A stretch of DNA of 62,008 nucleotides from Candidatus Woesearchaeota archaeon. Its GTDB lineage: Archaea; Nanobdellota; Nanobdellia; Pacearchaeales; GW2011-AR1. A model generated the notes under the pieces. It saw only the letters and a program-made list of their open reading frames with translations, had not been told where the DNA came from and did no database searches. This document shows, in pieces, positions 19,358 to 29,257 of the stretch. The stretch covers positions 1 to 62,008 of the forward strand of contig CAZPVF010000001.1 in the NCBI GenBank assembly GCA_964589955.1, read 5' to 3'. Made by a program: the position numbers and the translations under genes. The stretch's first letter is position 1. Each line of letters opens with the position of its first letter.

Positions 19358-20290
19358 TTAAATAATTCTAAAATATTCTCCATAACGTTCTAAGTGCTTC
19401 AAAAAGAATTGTCCTAATTTTCCTTTTATTATAGCATATCTTTTTTCTAAATCAAAAGTAGATACATTTTTAGATTTATATTGAGGAATTCCCTTACCAA
19501 AAATAACTGATTCTTTATAATTTTCTAAATCAAAAACCTTTTTTGTTTTTTGTATTCCAATAAAGTATTTGCTTGTGTTTTTTAATATAATATAGTCTAT
19601 CTTTTTTGATACTGAACAGTTTTTAAATAAAGGACTTTTAGAAAAATCTTCAATAATTTCAAACATTCTTTTTTGTAAATTCTTTTTATCCATCTTAACT
19701 TTAAGGTTGCTTGCCTTAGAAATAACTCTTGCTGGATTTCCAGAAATTAGACTATTTTCTGGAAACTCTTTACTTATTACAGACCCCACTGTAATAATAG
19801 AATCATCTCCTATTTTTGCTCCTGGAAGAAATATTACATGTGAAGGTGCCCAAATTCTTTTACCAAGAATAATTTTTCCAAACTTTCTTGGATGTCCTTG
19901 TGTATAAGGCAAGTACACTCCGTGTGTGTAAAATATTGAGTGAGAACCAAGCCCAGTATAATCTCCTATTTCTATATCTTCAGCCAGATTCATGAAGGTA
20001 TAAGGGCCCACTATCTGTGTTTTTTTTCCTAGTTTTAAATTTTTCTGACCAGAAAAAATATTAAGACTTCTTATAACACTTCCTTTTCCAATCTCTAATT
20101 TATTTAGTTTAAAAACATTCATTGAACCTATTTTTACATCGTCTTCAATATTTACATTTTTACATAACATTAAACTAAGAAGTCCTACCTTAACATTTTT
20201 TCCAATTTTATACCCTATTAACCTGTATAAATTTAGTCTAATGATATTTGGCATAATTGAAGCTAAAAAAGCTATTATTTTTTTTACCAT
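19358..20290 (-). CDS. hexapeptide-repeat (left-handed beta-helix) acyltransferase
   Basis: Repeated [LIV]G..x hexads; IGDDSIITVGSVISKEFPENSLISGNPARVI; last gene of the ACP operon. Confidence 0.8.
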   Translation of the reverse strand: MVKKIIAFLASIMPNIIRLNLYRLIGYKIGKNVKVGLLSLMLCKNVNIEDDVKIGSMNVFKLNKLEIGKGSVIRSLNIFSGQKNLKLGKKTQIVGPYTFMNLAEDIEIGDYTGLGSHSIFYTHGVYLPYTQGHPRKFGKIILGKRIWAPSHVIFLPGAKIGDDSIITVGSVISKEFPENSLISGNPARVISKASNLKVKMDKKNLQKRMFEIIEDFSKSPLFKNCSVSKKIDYIILKNTSKYFIGIQKTKKVFDLENYKESVIFGKGIPQYKSKNVSTFDLEKRYAIIKGKLGQFFLKHLERYGEYFRII

Positions 20291-20291
20291 T

Positions 20292-21569
20292 TTAAATTTT
20301 TAATGAATTTATATTTACTAACCTTGACAAGAGCAATTTTCCATCCCACGGAGAGTCATAATAATTCATCTGCCCAATTGGAACAATTCTTGAAACTCCT
20401 TGAAGGTTTAATATTTTGCTTATTTTGGTAAGCTTTTTTGTGTTTTTAAAGCCATGCCCTATTGTCTGGATTTTTGATGTGATCAATTTACCTAAATCTT
20501 CCAAATTATTACAAGAGTTCAAAAAAATTGTTCTAGACTTTACTGGCTCTTCTAAATTTGCTTTTTTTCCAAGTATAATTGTCCACTCAGTTCCTTTAGG
20601 ACAAATTACCTTTTTATCTTCATCAAATGTGTTTTCCACTCTTGCCATAATTACATTTCCTGCTTCATAAAATGTTGTATCTTTTTTTAGATATTTTTCA
20701 TCTAAATTTTCAAATTCTTTTTTTAATAAATTAGATATTTTTTCAAGACCTGTAATATCTGTCTCGCACATCAATACTTGTGGGGAAGTACAACTATCTT
20801 GTTCTCCAAAGATTATATCAAACACAAATTTCTTTAGTGTGCTTGTTAGAAGAATTTCATCAGAGATTAATTCTCTATCAATCATTGCAAAAGAATATTT
20901 TGGACCAAAAACCACATCTTCACAAGTTTCTTTTTTACTAAAACTTGAAATCATTTCAATTGACTCTTTTCCTCCCCATATAATTCTTACATCAGAATTC
21001 ATTGATAATTCTAAATTGGTTTTATCTTCCTCTCTTGGATAGTAAATTAGGGCTGTTGAAGAGAGTACTTCTTTTCCAATCAATTTATCTGTTTTAGTTT
21101 TTATTAATACTCCTAATAAATCTTTTATTGTTTCAACACTTCCAAGAGGAATTCTCATTATATTTGAGTTTTTTATAATAATTGATTGAATTAGAGAGAA
21201 AAATCCGAGAGTAACAACATTTCCTGCAATCCAGTGTCCAACTAAGCCTTTAGGTTGGGCAATAAGCATCTTTCCTTCTTTTTTAAAATAATCTTGAAGA
21301 ATATTTGGGTCTTCAAAATTAATTTTAATTATTTTCTCTAAATTTGTTTTTCTAACCCATTGACTTAAAAAAGCTATTCCCTCTATTTTCCTAGTTTTTT
21401 CATTTTTTAGAATATTTTTGCTAAACTCATTAATTAAATCTAATAGATCTTCGGTTTTTATTTTCTCTAGTTTTCTACTATTTGTTTTTACTTTTTTAAT
21501 TATGCCTAATAGGTTTTCAACTTTTTTTTGCTCAAAAAAATTCTCTGAATCAAAAAATACCTGGATCAT
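20292..21569 (-). CDS. LuxC-like acyl-CoA/acyl-ACP reductase
   Basis: About 425 aa; HWIAGNVVTLGFFSLIQ and overall LuxC-family layout; start moved to the ATG at 21569 (1 nt after the LuxE stop) rather than 21659. Confidence 0.65.
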   Translation of the reverse strand: MIQVFFDSENFFEQKKVENLLGIIKKVKTNSRKLEKIKTEDLLDLINEFSKNILKNEKTRKIEGIAFLSQWVRKTNLEKIIKINFEDPNILQDYFKKEGKMLIAQPKGLVGHWIAGNVVTLGFFSLIQSIIIKNSNIMRIPLGSVETIKDLLGVLIKTKTDKLIGKEVLSSTALIYYPREEDKTNLELSMNSDVRIIWGGKESIEMISSFSKKETCEDVVFGPKYSFAMIDRELISDEILLTSTLKKFVFDIIFGEQDSCTSPQVLMCETDITGLEKISNLLKKEFENLDEKYLKKDTTFYEAGNVIMARVENTFDEDKKVICPKGTEWTIILGKKANLEEPVKSRTIFLNSCNNLEDLGKLITSKIQTIGHGFKNTKKLTKISKILNLQGVSRIVPIGQMNYYDSPWDGKLLLSRLVNINSLKI

Positions 21570-21570
21570 T

Positions 21571-22662
21571 TTAATTATCTGTAAATGTGTCTCCGCAACC
21601 TCTTGGTTCACTTTTTTCAACTCGTGAAACAAATTTAAAATACTTTCCTTTTCTTCCACATTCGCAAGAATCCTTTCCTAAAAAAAGGCCTATGTCCTCA
21701 GTTAAGAGTGCCTGCCCAGGATAACTATTAGGTAATACTGAGATAATCTCTATTAATCCTATTTCGTTTTCTTTTACTTCTTCAAGAGTCAGAGGATTTC
21801 TAATTATTATGTCTGCAAAATTTGGGCAGTGCTTATGCCCTTTATCACAATCAATAAAAACAACTCCGAGTTGTTCAACAAGACCATACATATCTAAAAC
21901 CTGGCTATCTTGACCTAACATATTTTTTAATTCTTTAGTAAAATGTTTTTTATCAACTTTTTCTGAAGTTAGTTTCTTCCATCCTCCACTATGAATTATT
22001 GTAAATTTAATATCATACTTCTTTTTTAGTTTTTTTAATTCTTTATAAAAAATACTCCAAATTATATAAGTAAATCCAAACATTATTATTTCCTGACCAT
22101 TATTTTCTTTAACAAAATTTTCTAATGATTCTAGATTTAATTTTAATTTTTCACTTCCTTCAAGAACATATGTGACATTTTTTCCAAAAGGAATTATTCC
22201 TCTTATTGCAGCACCTCTTGCTGAAAGCCCTTTTAATTTTGGATCATTTACTTGAGGAGTATCTATTACCAGCAATGGTTTTCTGCTAGTACCTAAATAA
22301 TTTTTTAAAATACTTGAATAAGCAGAAGTTTGCCTAAATGCTGTCTTTTTATCTAAATCTATTTTACTTTTAATTTGGCTTGTTGTTCCAGAAGAGGTTA
22401 ATGTCCTAATTATATCTTTTTTTGAAACCAATTCAAATACATGTTTTTTAAATAAATTTACAGGAAGTGGAGGAATATCAGAAAGTGAATTTATTTTATC
22501 TATTGGCATAATCTGATCGTAAAATCTTTTGAGTTTTTTATCCTTAATCTGATTTAATAGCTGTTTTTTTATAATTGGTAGTAGTTTTTTTTCTTTTTGT
22601 TTCTGGTTTAAAGAATATTGCTCTAATGAAATTAAATCATTTATTTCTTTGTCCAAATCCAT
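21571..22662 (-). CDS. LuxE-like acyl-protein synthetase/adenylating enzyme
   Basis: 363 aa; TSSGTTSQ P-loop-like adenylation motif; size and adjacency to LuxC. Confidence 0.65.
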   Translation of the reverse strand: MDLDKEINDLISLEQYSLNQKQKEKKLLPIIKKQLLNQIKDKKLKRFYDQIMPIDKINSLSDIPPLPVNLFKKHVFELVSKKDIIRTLTSSGTTSQIKSKIDLDKKTAFRQTSAYSSILKNYLGTSRKPLLVIDTPQVNDPKLKGLSARGAAIRGIIPFGKNVTYVLEGSEKLKLNLESLENFVKENNGQEIIMFGFTYIIWSIFYKELKKLKKKYDIKFTIIHSGGWKKLTSEKVDKKHFTKELKNMLGQDSQVLDMYGLVEQLGVVFIDCDKGHKHCPNFADIIIRNPLTLEEVKENEIGLIEIISVLPNSYPGQALLTEDIGLFLGKDSCECGRKGKYFKFVSRVEKSEPRGCGDTFTDN

Positions 22663-23690
22663 TCTATTAAACTCCTAATCTTTTCTTCATTAAAGATTAT
22701 TGGAGAGGTTTTTATAACCGGATCTTTTAGAACTCTTTTAATTATTTCTTCTCTATCTATATTTTCTAAGATACTTTTATCAAATTTTATATTAAGTTTA
22801 TCAAATTCTTGTATAAAAAAATCATAAATTTCATTTTGTGTTTCATTTTTATAAAACAAAAGAACTGACTTAATTAGGTGCATTAAAGCCTCAGAGTGTC
22901 TAATATTTGAACAAACTTCAATCTGATGTGCTATAGAGTGCATTGCACCAACATAAGCGTTCCCTTGACAGATTCCCCCAATATGTCCATTTATTGCTAT
23001 ATTATCAAGAACTTTAAGATCTTCTTTATTTTCTATATATTTTTTATAATTATTAACTAATGAAAGAATATTTTCTCTGGCAAGTATTTTAACAAATTCA
23101 TTTGATAATCTTGATAAATAAGCTTCAACAGAATGTGAAAAAATATCACAGATAAACTCTTGCATTAAATTAAAAGGAATGCTTGAGAGTAATTGTGGGG
23201 CTAAGATAGCTTTATTTGGTATGTTTGCCCTATTAACTATTATATGTTTTATACTTTTTTCTTTATTATGAGTAATTGCTACAGGGGTTATTTGTGATCC
23301 TGTTGAAGGAGTGGTAGGAATTAAAATAAGTTTAGTTTTTTTCTTGATTTTAGAAAAATTATTTATTTCAGTTAAGTTCAATTCTTGATTATCTATTTTT
23401 ATTCTTAATAGTTTTGCAAAATCCATAATATTTCCTCCACCTATGGCAATAATTAAAGACGGTTTTTTAATCTCTAATTTTTCTATTTCTTCTAAATTAT
23501 TTTTAATAAAAATTATTTCTTCTATTTGGTTTTCACTTAATAGTTCTTTAATCTTGGCTAGACTTTCATTATCTTCTAGTCTTTTTGAGTAGATTAGTAA
23601 AATTTTTTCTGAAACATTTTCTTTAAGAATGCTTGTGCTTCTAAGTCCAAAATGAGTTTCTGGAATTTTATTAATAAATTGGTTAAACAT
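22641..23690 (-). CDS. iron-containing alcohol dehydrogenase family protein
   Basis: IAIGGGNIMDFAKLL nucleotide-binding motif and His-rich metal site (HSVEAY...HSIAHQ). Confidence 0.75.
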   Translation of the reverse strand: MFNQFINKIPETHFGLRSTSILKENVSEKILLIYSKRLEDNESLAKIKELLSENQIEEIIFIKNNLEEIEKLEIKKPSLIIAIGGGNIMDFAKLLRIKIDNQELNLTEINNFSKIKKKTKLILIPTTPSTGSQITPVAITHNKEKSIKHIIVNRANIPNKAILAPQLLSSIPFNLMQEFICDIFSHSVEAYLSRLSNEFVKILARENILSLVNNYKKYIENKEDLKVLDNIAINGHIGGICQGNAYVGAMHSIAHQIEVCSNIRHSEALMHLIKSVLLFYKNETQNEIYDFFIQEFDKLNIKFDKSILENIDREEIIKRVLKDPVIKTSPIIFNEEKIRSLIEWIWTKK

Positions 23691-23692
23691 TT

Positions 23693-25168
23693 TTATGTTT
23701 TCTTCAATTTAAGGTAATCTAATTTTAATTTAGAATAGTCAGTTTTTAGTGAACTATTCTTAGGGAGGCTTTGAGCAAAAATAATTTCAGACGGAACTTC
23801 GTAGTTTCTTAGATTTTTGCTACAATAATCCAATACATCTTTGTTTTTTAAAGTTTCAGTTGGAGAGATATATGCTATAATTCTCTCACCTAGTAAATTA
23901 TCGTCTACGCCAAAAACAGCGACATCGGAAACTCCTAGTAATTTATAGATTGCTTCTTCTATTTTTTTACTGCTTATTCTAAATCCTCTAGATTTAATAA
24001 AATTCTCTTTTCTTTCTAAAACATAAATATATCCTTCACTATCTATTGTTGCTATATCTCCTGTTCTTAACATCCCCTTAACAATTTTTTTATTTGTTTC
24101 CTCCGGATCATTATAATACCCCTTCATTATATTTTTTCCAGAAGCATAAATTTCACCTACCTCTTCTTTTTTAATGGGATTTAGACTAGAGTCTAAGACT
24201 TTTAGGATAGTTCCGGGTAGTCCCCTGCCAATAGATCCTAACTTTTTGTCTAATTTTTTTGGATCAAGAACAGAAAGTCTTGCTGTTGCTTCTGTTTGGC
24301 CATACATTATGTATACATTTTCTTGTCCAAAAACCTCTATTAATTTTTTAATATCTTGGTTTGGAAGTTTTCCACCTGCTTGCTGTACACATCTAATTTT
24401 TGGGAATTTTTTTTCTAATAAAGTTGATTTTCTTATTAATAACTGAAATGTTGTGGGCACTCCTGCAATTCCTGTGCATTCTTCTTTTATTAGACCTTCA
24501 ACAATTTTTTCTGGAAGAAAAAAATTATTATTAAAAACCATCTGTGCTCCAACTCTAAGATGGGTGTGTAATAAACTTACACCAAAACAATAATAAAATG
24601 GTAAAACAACCATTATCTTATCTTTATCTGTTAAAAACAATGATTCTATAATTGATTGCGTATTAGAGATAATATTTATATGTGAGATCATTACTCCTTT
24701 TGCTTTTCCGGAAGTTCCTGAAGTATACATTATTGAAGCTGTTTTATCATCTGAAAAATCTTCAAGTTCAAAAGATTCTTTAAATTCTTCGCAATCAAGT
24801 ATTTCTTCAGAATAAATTTCACTAAAAGAGGTTAGTTTGATTAATTTTTTGAATTTCTCTTGTATGAAAATATGTTTTGATTTTAACTCCTCTTTTATTT
24901 TTTTAATATCCATATCTCTTTCATATCTTAAGGGAACACAAACATTTCCACTGCCAATTATAGATAAGTAACTTATAACAAAAAACAAAGAGTTATCAGA
25001 AATTAAGAGAATATTATTATCCTTTCCTAGAGATTCATTTAATTTTTTTATAAGGTGTATTATTTTAGCATAAATTTCTTTATAATTAAATTTTTGTTCA
25101 TTTAATTTTATTGCGGTTTGTTCGCCCTTTTCAACTTTTTCAAATAACCATTTTGTAGCATTGCTCAT
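23693..25168 (-). CDS. AMP-dependent synthetase/ligase (ANL superfamily)
   Basis: YTSGTSGKAKGVMISH, YGQTE, GDIA...ERKENFIK motifs; ATGA overlap with the ACP gene. Confidence 0.85.
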   Translation of the reverse strand: MSNATKWLFEKVEKGEQTAIKLNEQKFNYKEIYAKIIHLIKKLNESLGKDNNILLISDNSLFFVISYLSIIGSGNVCVPLRYERDMDIKKIKEELKSKHIFIQEKFKKLIKLTSFSEIYSEEILDCEEFKESFELEDFSDDKTASIMYTSGTSGKAKGVMISHINIISNTQSIIESLFLTDKDKIMVVLPFYYCFGVSLLHTHLRVGAQMVFNNNFFLPEKIVEGLIKEECTGIAGVPTTFQLLIRKSTLLEKKFPKIRCVQQAGGKLPNQDIKKLIEVFGQENVYIMYGQTEATARLSVLDPKKLDKKLGSIGRGLPGTILKVLDSSLNPIKKEEVGEIYASGKNIMKGYYNDPEETNKKIVKGMLRTGDIATIDSEGYIYVLERKENFIKSRGFRISSKKIEEAIYKLLGVSDVAVFGVDDNLLGERIIAYISPTETLKNKDVLDYCSKNLRNYEVPSEIIFAQSLPKNSSLKTDYSKLKLDYLKLKKT

Positions 25169-25419
25169 AATTTTACTCCTTTTTGAATCAATATCTTTTT
25201 CAGTAAACCGAAATTTTCAATTCCATTTATTTCATCAACCTCGAATTGAATATTAAATTCCTCTTCTATTTTTGATACAAGCTCCATATGTGTTATAGAA
25301 TCCCAATTAGGAATTTGTTCTGGTCCGTTTTCATCTTTCAAATCGTTCTTTGAACATTTTAATAAATCAATCACCAAAGATTCTAGTTTTTCTATATTTC
25401 CCATTTTATTTTCGCTCAT
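25165..25419 (-). CDS. acyl carrier protein
   Basis: 84 aa, acidic; DSITHMELV phosphopantetheine-attachment Ser motif. Confidence 0.8.
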   Translation of the reverse strand: MSENKMGNIEKLESLVIDLLKCSKNDLKDENGPEQIPNWDSITHMELVSKIEEEFNIQFEVDEINGIENFGLLKKILIQKGVKL

Positions 25420-25792
25420 TTAATACAGGCACTTTTCTACAAGTTGCAATGCAGTCCAAGACTTTTTCTCCTTTTTGATTTAATGTGACAATATCTAATT
25501 TTTTAACTGAATTTTCAAGAGGAGTTATTTCAATTACCTTAATTTTGAGTATATCTCCAATATATGTGGGTTTAAGAAATTTAATTTCTTCTGAGAGAAG
25601 AATATTCCCCTGTCCCATTTTATCAGTGAGTAGTTTGGATATTTTTGCAAGAATAATTGTTCCGTGCGCTATTCTTTTTTTAAAAGGGGTTCTGCTTGCA
25701 AATTTTTCGTCTACATGAATAGGATTCTTGTCTCCACTAAATTCAGCAAAAGTATCAATTATTTCCTCAGTAATATGAAGTATTGCTTCCAT
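25406..25792 (-). CDS. MaoC-like (R)-hydratase/dehydratase, hot-dog fold
   Basis: FAEFSGDKNPIHVDEKFASRTPFKKRIAHGT. Confidence 0.8.
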   Translation of the reverse strand: MEAILHITEEIIDTFAEFSGDKNPIHVDEKFASRTPFKKRIAHGTIILAKISKLLTDKMGQGNILLSEEIKFLKPTYIGDILKIKVIEITPLENSVKKLDIVTLNQKGEKVLDCIATCRKVPVLNERK

Positions 25793-25831
25793 TTAATAAA
25801 ATTATTTAAATTCCATCTATTTATTAAGTTT

Positions 25832-26164
25832 ATGGAGGTCGGAGTAGACATTCAGGAAAATAAGGCTTTTAAGAGCTTTAAAGGAAATATTCATTTTTAT
25901 AAAAGGATTTTCACAAAAAAAGAAATTGATTACTGTATAAGAAGAAAAGATTATAAATCTGCTTTTTGTGCAAAATTTTGTGTAAAAGAGGCAGTAATAA
26001 AGATTTTTGATAAAAAAATTAATTACAAAGAAATTGAAGTCTTAAATACAAAATCTGGAAAACCATATGTATTAATTAAAGGGGAAAAAAGAAAAAATAT
26101 TTCAGTTTCACTATCACACACACAAAACTATTGTGTAGGTGTAGCAGTATTGAAAAATGTCTAG
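25832..26164 (+). CDS. acpS: holo-ACP synthase (4'-phosphopantetheinyl transferase, AcpS type)
   Basis: 110 aa from the ATG at 25832: VGVDIQE...FTKKEIDYC...FCVKEAVIK...VSLSHT; the longer ORF from 25664 would overlap the MaoC gene. Confidence 0.7.
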   Translation: MEVGVDIQENKAFKSFKGNIHFYKRIFTKKEIDYCIRRKDYKSAFCAKFCVKEAVIKIFDKKINYKEIEVLNTKSGKPYVLIKGEKRKNISVSLSHTQNYCVGVAVLKNV

Positions 26165-26942
26165 AAAAAAACAAACAATAGCAATCTCAATTCATGTTGA
26201 TGGGTACTATGGATTAGTAAAAGGTGTTCCAAGAATTCTGAAACTATTAAAAAAATACAAAATTAAAACCACATTTTTTATAAACATGGGAAAAGAAGCA
26301 AATATTTTTCAATTACTTAAGTATAGGAGAAATCATAAGAATTCTCAAAAAAATTTAAAGGTAGAAAAAAGATACACAAAAATTGAGCAAGCTAGTATGA
26401 TTCTTTTAAATAGAAAATTGGGACAGAATTATAAAAAATTGCTTATTGAAATAGAAAAACAGGGTCACGAGGTTGAGCCACATTGTTGGAGCCATCTACT
26501 TTGGTCAAAAAACTTTGAAAAGTTAAATCATAAAAAAGAGATTTTTTTAATGAAAAGAGCTTATGAAAACATTTTTAATAAATCTCCAAAAGGATTTGCC
26601 CCACCAACATGGAAGTATAATCAAAAAGTTATTGAATTACTAAAAGAGGCTAACTTTCAATATATTGCAGTAAGTGATACTGCTAAAACAATTAAAAAGA
26701 AAGACGGTTTCTTTATTATTCCTGTCTCCTTTAGTAAAAATATAGAAGAATTAATTAGTGGGGGGCATAAAAAAGAAAAGATAATTAAGATATATAAAAA
26801 AGAACTAAACAAAAAATATGTAAACATATATTTTCATTCTGATTTTGAGGGAATAAAAGGACTTAGGCTCTTTGAAGAGGTTCTGAACCTAATTAAAGGG
26901 AAAAAAACCTTCACTTATCTTGAATTAATTAAAGATAAATAA
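26157..26942 (+). CDS. polysaccharide deacetylase (CE4/ArnD-like)
   Basis: ISIHVDG...TTFFINMG...GHEVEPHCWSH metal-site motifs. Confidence 0.7.
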   Translation: MSRKKQTIAISIHVDGYYGLVKGVPRILKLLKKYKIKTTFFINMGKEANIFQLLKYRRNHKNSQKNLKVEKRYTKIEQASMILLNRKLGQNYKKLLIEIEKQGHEVEPHCWSHLLWSKNFEKLNHKKEIFLMKRAYENIFNKSPKGFAPPTWKYNQKVIELLKEANFQYIAVSDTAKTIKKKDGFFIIPVSFSKNIEELISGGHKKEKIIKIYKKELNKKYVNIYFHSDFEGIKGLRLFEEVLNLIKGKKTFTYLELIKDK

Positions 26943-28018
26943 AGATCCTGATACTTTTTAGAAATAGGTGTAAGTCCATTTTCATTAAAAAACCTAGAAC
27001 ATTCTTTTTGCATTTCAAGATAGTTTTTACTTTTCATTGCGCTTTTTATTGCTCTTGGGAAATCCTTGTCATTTTTTGCCAAAACCAAACATCCATAATT
27101 TTTTGCAAATTCTTTGAAATATTGGGCATTACTCGCAACAACTGGTTTTTTCATAGCCATAGCATCAGCAAATATCCCGCTTCCTATTCCTCCTCTATAG
27201 GGTAGGAGAATTAAATCTGATGCAGCAAAATATTTCCACCATTTTTTATAAGGTATCTCTCCTAAATCAAATCTAACAAAATTTTGAAAATTATTTTCCT
27301 TAACTATTTGCTTATTATAATCTAAAAAATTCTTTGTTCTAGACAAATTCCGATCATTAACTGAAATGGGGTTTGTAGCAACCAAAACAGTCTTTCCTAT
27401 TTTATCTGCTTGTTTTATTATTATATCGTGTCCATGTAATGGTCCCATTACACCAATTAACAAATAAACATTTCCAGAAAGATTTAATTCTTTTCTTGCT
27501 CTTTTTTTACTAACTGTTTTTATATTTTCAATAATAGCATGAGGAAGAACAACAATTTTCTCTTTAGGAACAGAGTACTCTTTTATCAAAATTTCTCTAA
27601 AAAATTTAGCATGTACTACAATTTTTTTTGATGTTAAATTAATCCACCTATTCTGCAAATGGTATAATAATTTTCTTAAAAATGTTTTAAATTTACCGGA
27701 TCTAAATCTTTCTTTTTGAGAAAGGATTGTGTGCATTGTGACAATTAATTTTTTTTTCTTAATAAAACAAAGAAAACCAAGAAAAAAGAAATACGGGAGG
27801 CCAAACCATCCAAGCATATTATACTCGTGTTGAATATGAATAATATCATATTTTAAAAGAGTTTTTAATTTTTTAAACAAAGAAAAAGGATTTCCTGCAA
27901 TAAAAGAAATTCCCAAAATATTTGTTTTTTGTTTTTTTATATTCTCTATAAGATTCTCTGAATAAGCCGAAATACCTTTTTCAGATTTTGGATCTGGGTA
28001 AACCATTGCAATTCTCAT
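26915..28018 (-). CDS. glycosyltransferase, GT-B fold (GT4-like)
   Basis: 367 aa; GGIGSGIFADAMAMKKPVV E-x7-E-like C-terminal region. Confidence 0.7.
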   Translation of the reverse strand: MRIAMVYPDPKSEKGISAYSENLIENIKKQKTNILGISFIAGNPFSLFKKLKTLLKYDIIHIQHEYNMLGWFGLPYFFFLGFLCFIKKKKLIVTMHTILSQKERFRSGKFKTFLRKLLYHLQNRWINLTSKKIVVHAKFFREILIKEYSVPKEKIVVLPHAIIENIKTVSKKRARKELNLSGNVYLLIGVMGPLHGHDIIIKQADKIGKTVLVATNPISVNDRNLSRTKNFLDYNKQIVKENNFQNFVRFDLGEIPYKKWWKYFAASDLILLPYRGGIGSGIFADAMAMKKPVVASNAQYFKEFAKNYGCLVLAKNDKDFPRAIKSAMKSKNYLEMQKECSRFFNENGLTPISKKYQDLYLSLINSR

Positions 28019-28129
28019 AAAATTTACAAGAGCAGGCCCTTTTTAAAAATATATCGTGTTTATTGAAATATCAAAAAAATATATTTTACCTTAATTATCT
28101 TTAAAAAGACATACTTCTTAACTCGAATA

Positions 28130-29149
28130 ATGAAAAAAGCTTTGGTAACAGGAATTACAGGCCAAGATGGATATTACTTAGCAAAATTTCTGTTAAAAAA
28201 AGGTTATGATGTTTATGGAATGTACAGAAGATCCAGCCTACATATTAGCGAAAGGATTGATGAAAAACTAAAAAACGTTAAACTTGTTGAGGGCGATCTC
28301 ACAGACGGAGAATCCATTTTAAGACTTATTAGAGAGATATACCCTGATGAAGTTTATAATCTAGCATCGCAATCGTTTGTTCCTGCTTCTTGGACCCAAC
28401 CAATTGCAACTGCTAATATGACTGGCCTTGGAGCTGCAAGAATACTTGAAGCAATAAAAATAGTTAATAAAAACATTAAGTATTATCAAGCGTCAACAAG
28501 TGAAATGTTTGGCCAAGTAGAAGAATCTCCACAAAATGAAAGAACTCCTTTTCATCCAAGAAGCCCGTACGGTGTTGCGAAGGTTTATGCATATTGGATA
28601 ACGAGAAACTACAAAGAAAGTTTTGACATTTTTACATGCAATGGTATTTTATTTAATCACGAATCTCCAAGAAGAGGAAAAGAATTTGTAACAAGAAAAA
28701 TCACTTACGCTACTGCAAAAATAAAACTAGGGCTACAAGATTATTTAGAGATAGGAAATTTGGATGCGAAAAGAGATTGGGGCTATGCTGAAGATTACGT
28801 TGAGGCTATGTGGATGATGCTTCAACAAGAGAAACCAGAAGATTTTGTTATTGCTACGGGAGAAACACACACAATAAGAGAGTTTTTAGAGGTAGCATTT
28901 AGAGTCCTAGATATGAATATTGTTTGGGAAGGCCAAGGACTTGAAGAAGTTGGCAAGGTTGATGGAAAAATAGTGGTTAAAATAAATCCGAAGTACTATA
29001 GGCCTGCAGAAGTAGATATATTAAAAGGAGACTATTCAAAAGCAAGAGAAAAATTAAAATGGATCCCAAAGACAAATTTTCAAGAACTTGTTAAGGTAAT
29101 GGTTGAGAGTGATTTAAAACAAGTTAAAAAAGAAGAAAATATGAAATAA
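28130..29149 (+). CDS. gmd: GDP-mannose 4,6-dehydratase
   Basis: VTGITGQDGYYLAKFLL, YQASTSEMFG, SPYGVAKVYAYW, NHESPRRG. Confidence 0.92.
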   Translation: MKKALVTGITGQDGYYLAKFLLKKGYDVYGMYRRSSLHISERIDEKLKNVKLVEGDLTDGESILRLIREIYPDEVYNLASQSFVPASWTQPIATANMTGLGAARILEAIKIVNKNIKYYQASTSEMFGQVEESPQNERTPFHPRSPYGVAKVYAYWITRNYKESFDIFTCNGILFNHESPRRGKEFVTRKITYATAKIKLGLQDYLEIGNLDAKRDWGYAEDYVEAMWMMLQQEKPEDFVIATGETHTIREFLEVAFRVLDMNIVWEGQGLEEVGKVDGKIVVKINPKYYRPAEVDILKGDYSKAREKLKWIPKTNFQELVKVMVESDLKQVKKEENMK

Positions 29150-29257
29150 ATTCACTCTTTTTAAAGAATTAAGGAAAAAATACCAATTTCAACTACATAA
29201 ATCTTTAAAAATAAAATCGATTTAATTTTAAATAATGGGTGGGAAAAGAAAATTCAA

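Noticed and set aside
21570-21659. Longer LuxC-like start at 21659
   Set aside because: It would overlap the LuxE-like gene by 89 nt. An in-frame ATG at 21569 sits 1 nt after the LuxE stop, matching the tight coupling seen through the rest of the operon. The upstream start is not strictly excluded.
25664-25831. 5' extension of the AcpS ORF (166-aa version)
   Set aside because: The extension overlaps the MaoC gene on the opposite strand and has no AcpS-like sequence. The conserved VGVDI N-terminus begins at the ATG at 25832.
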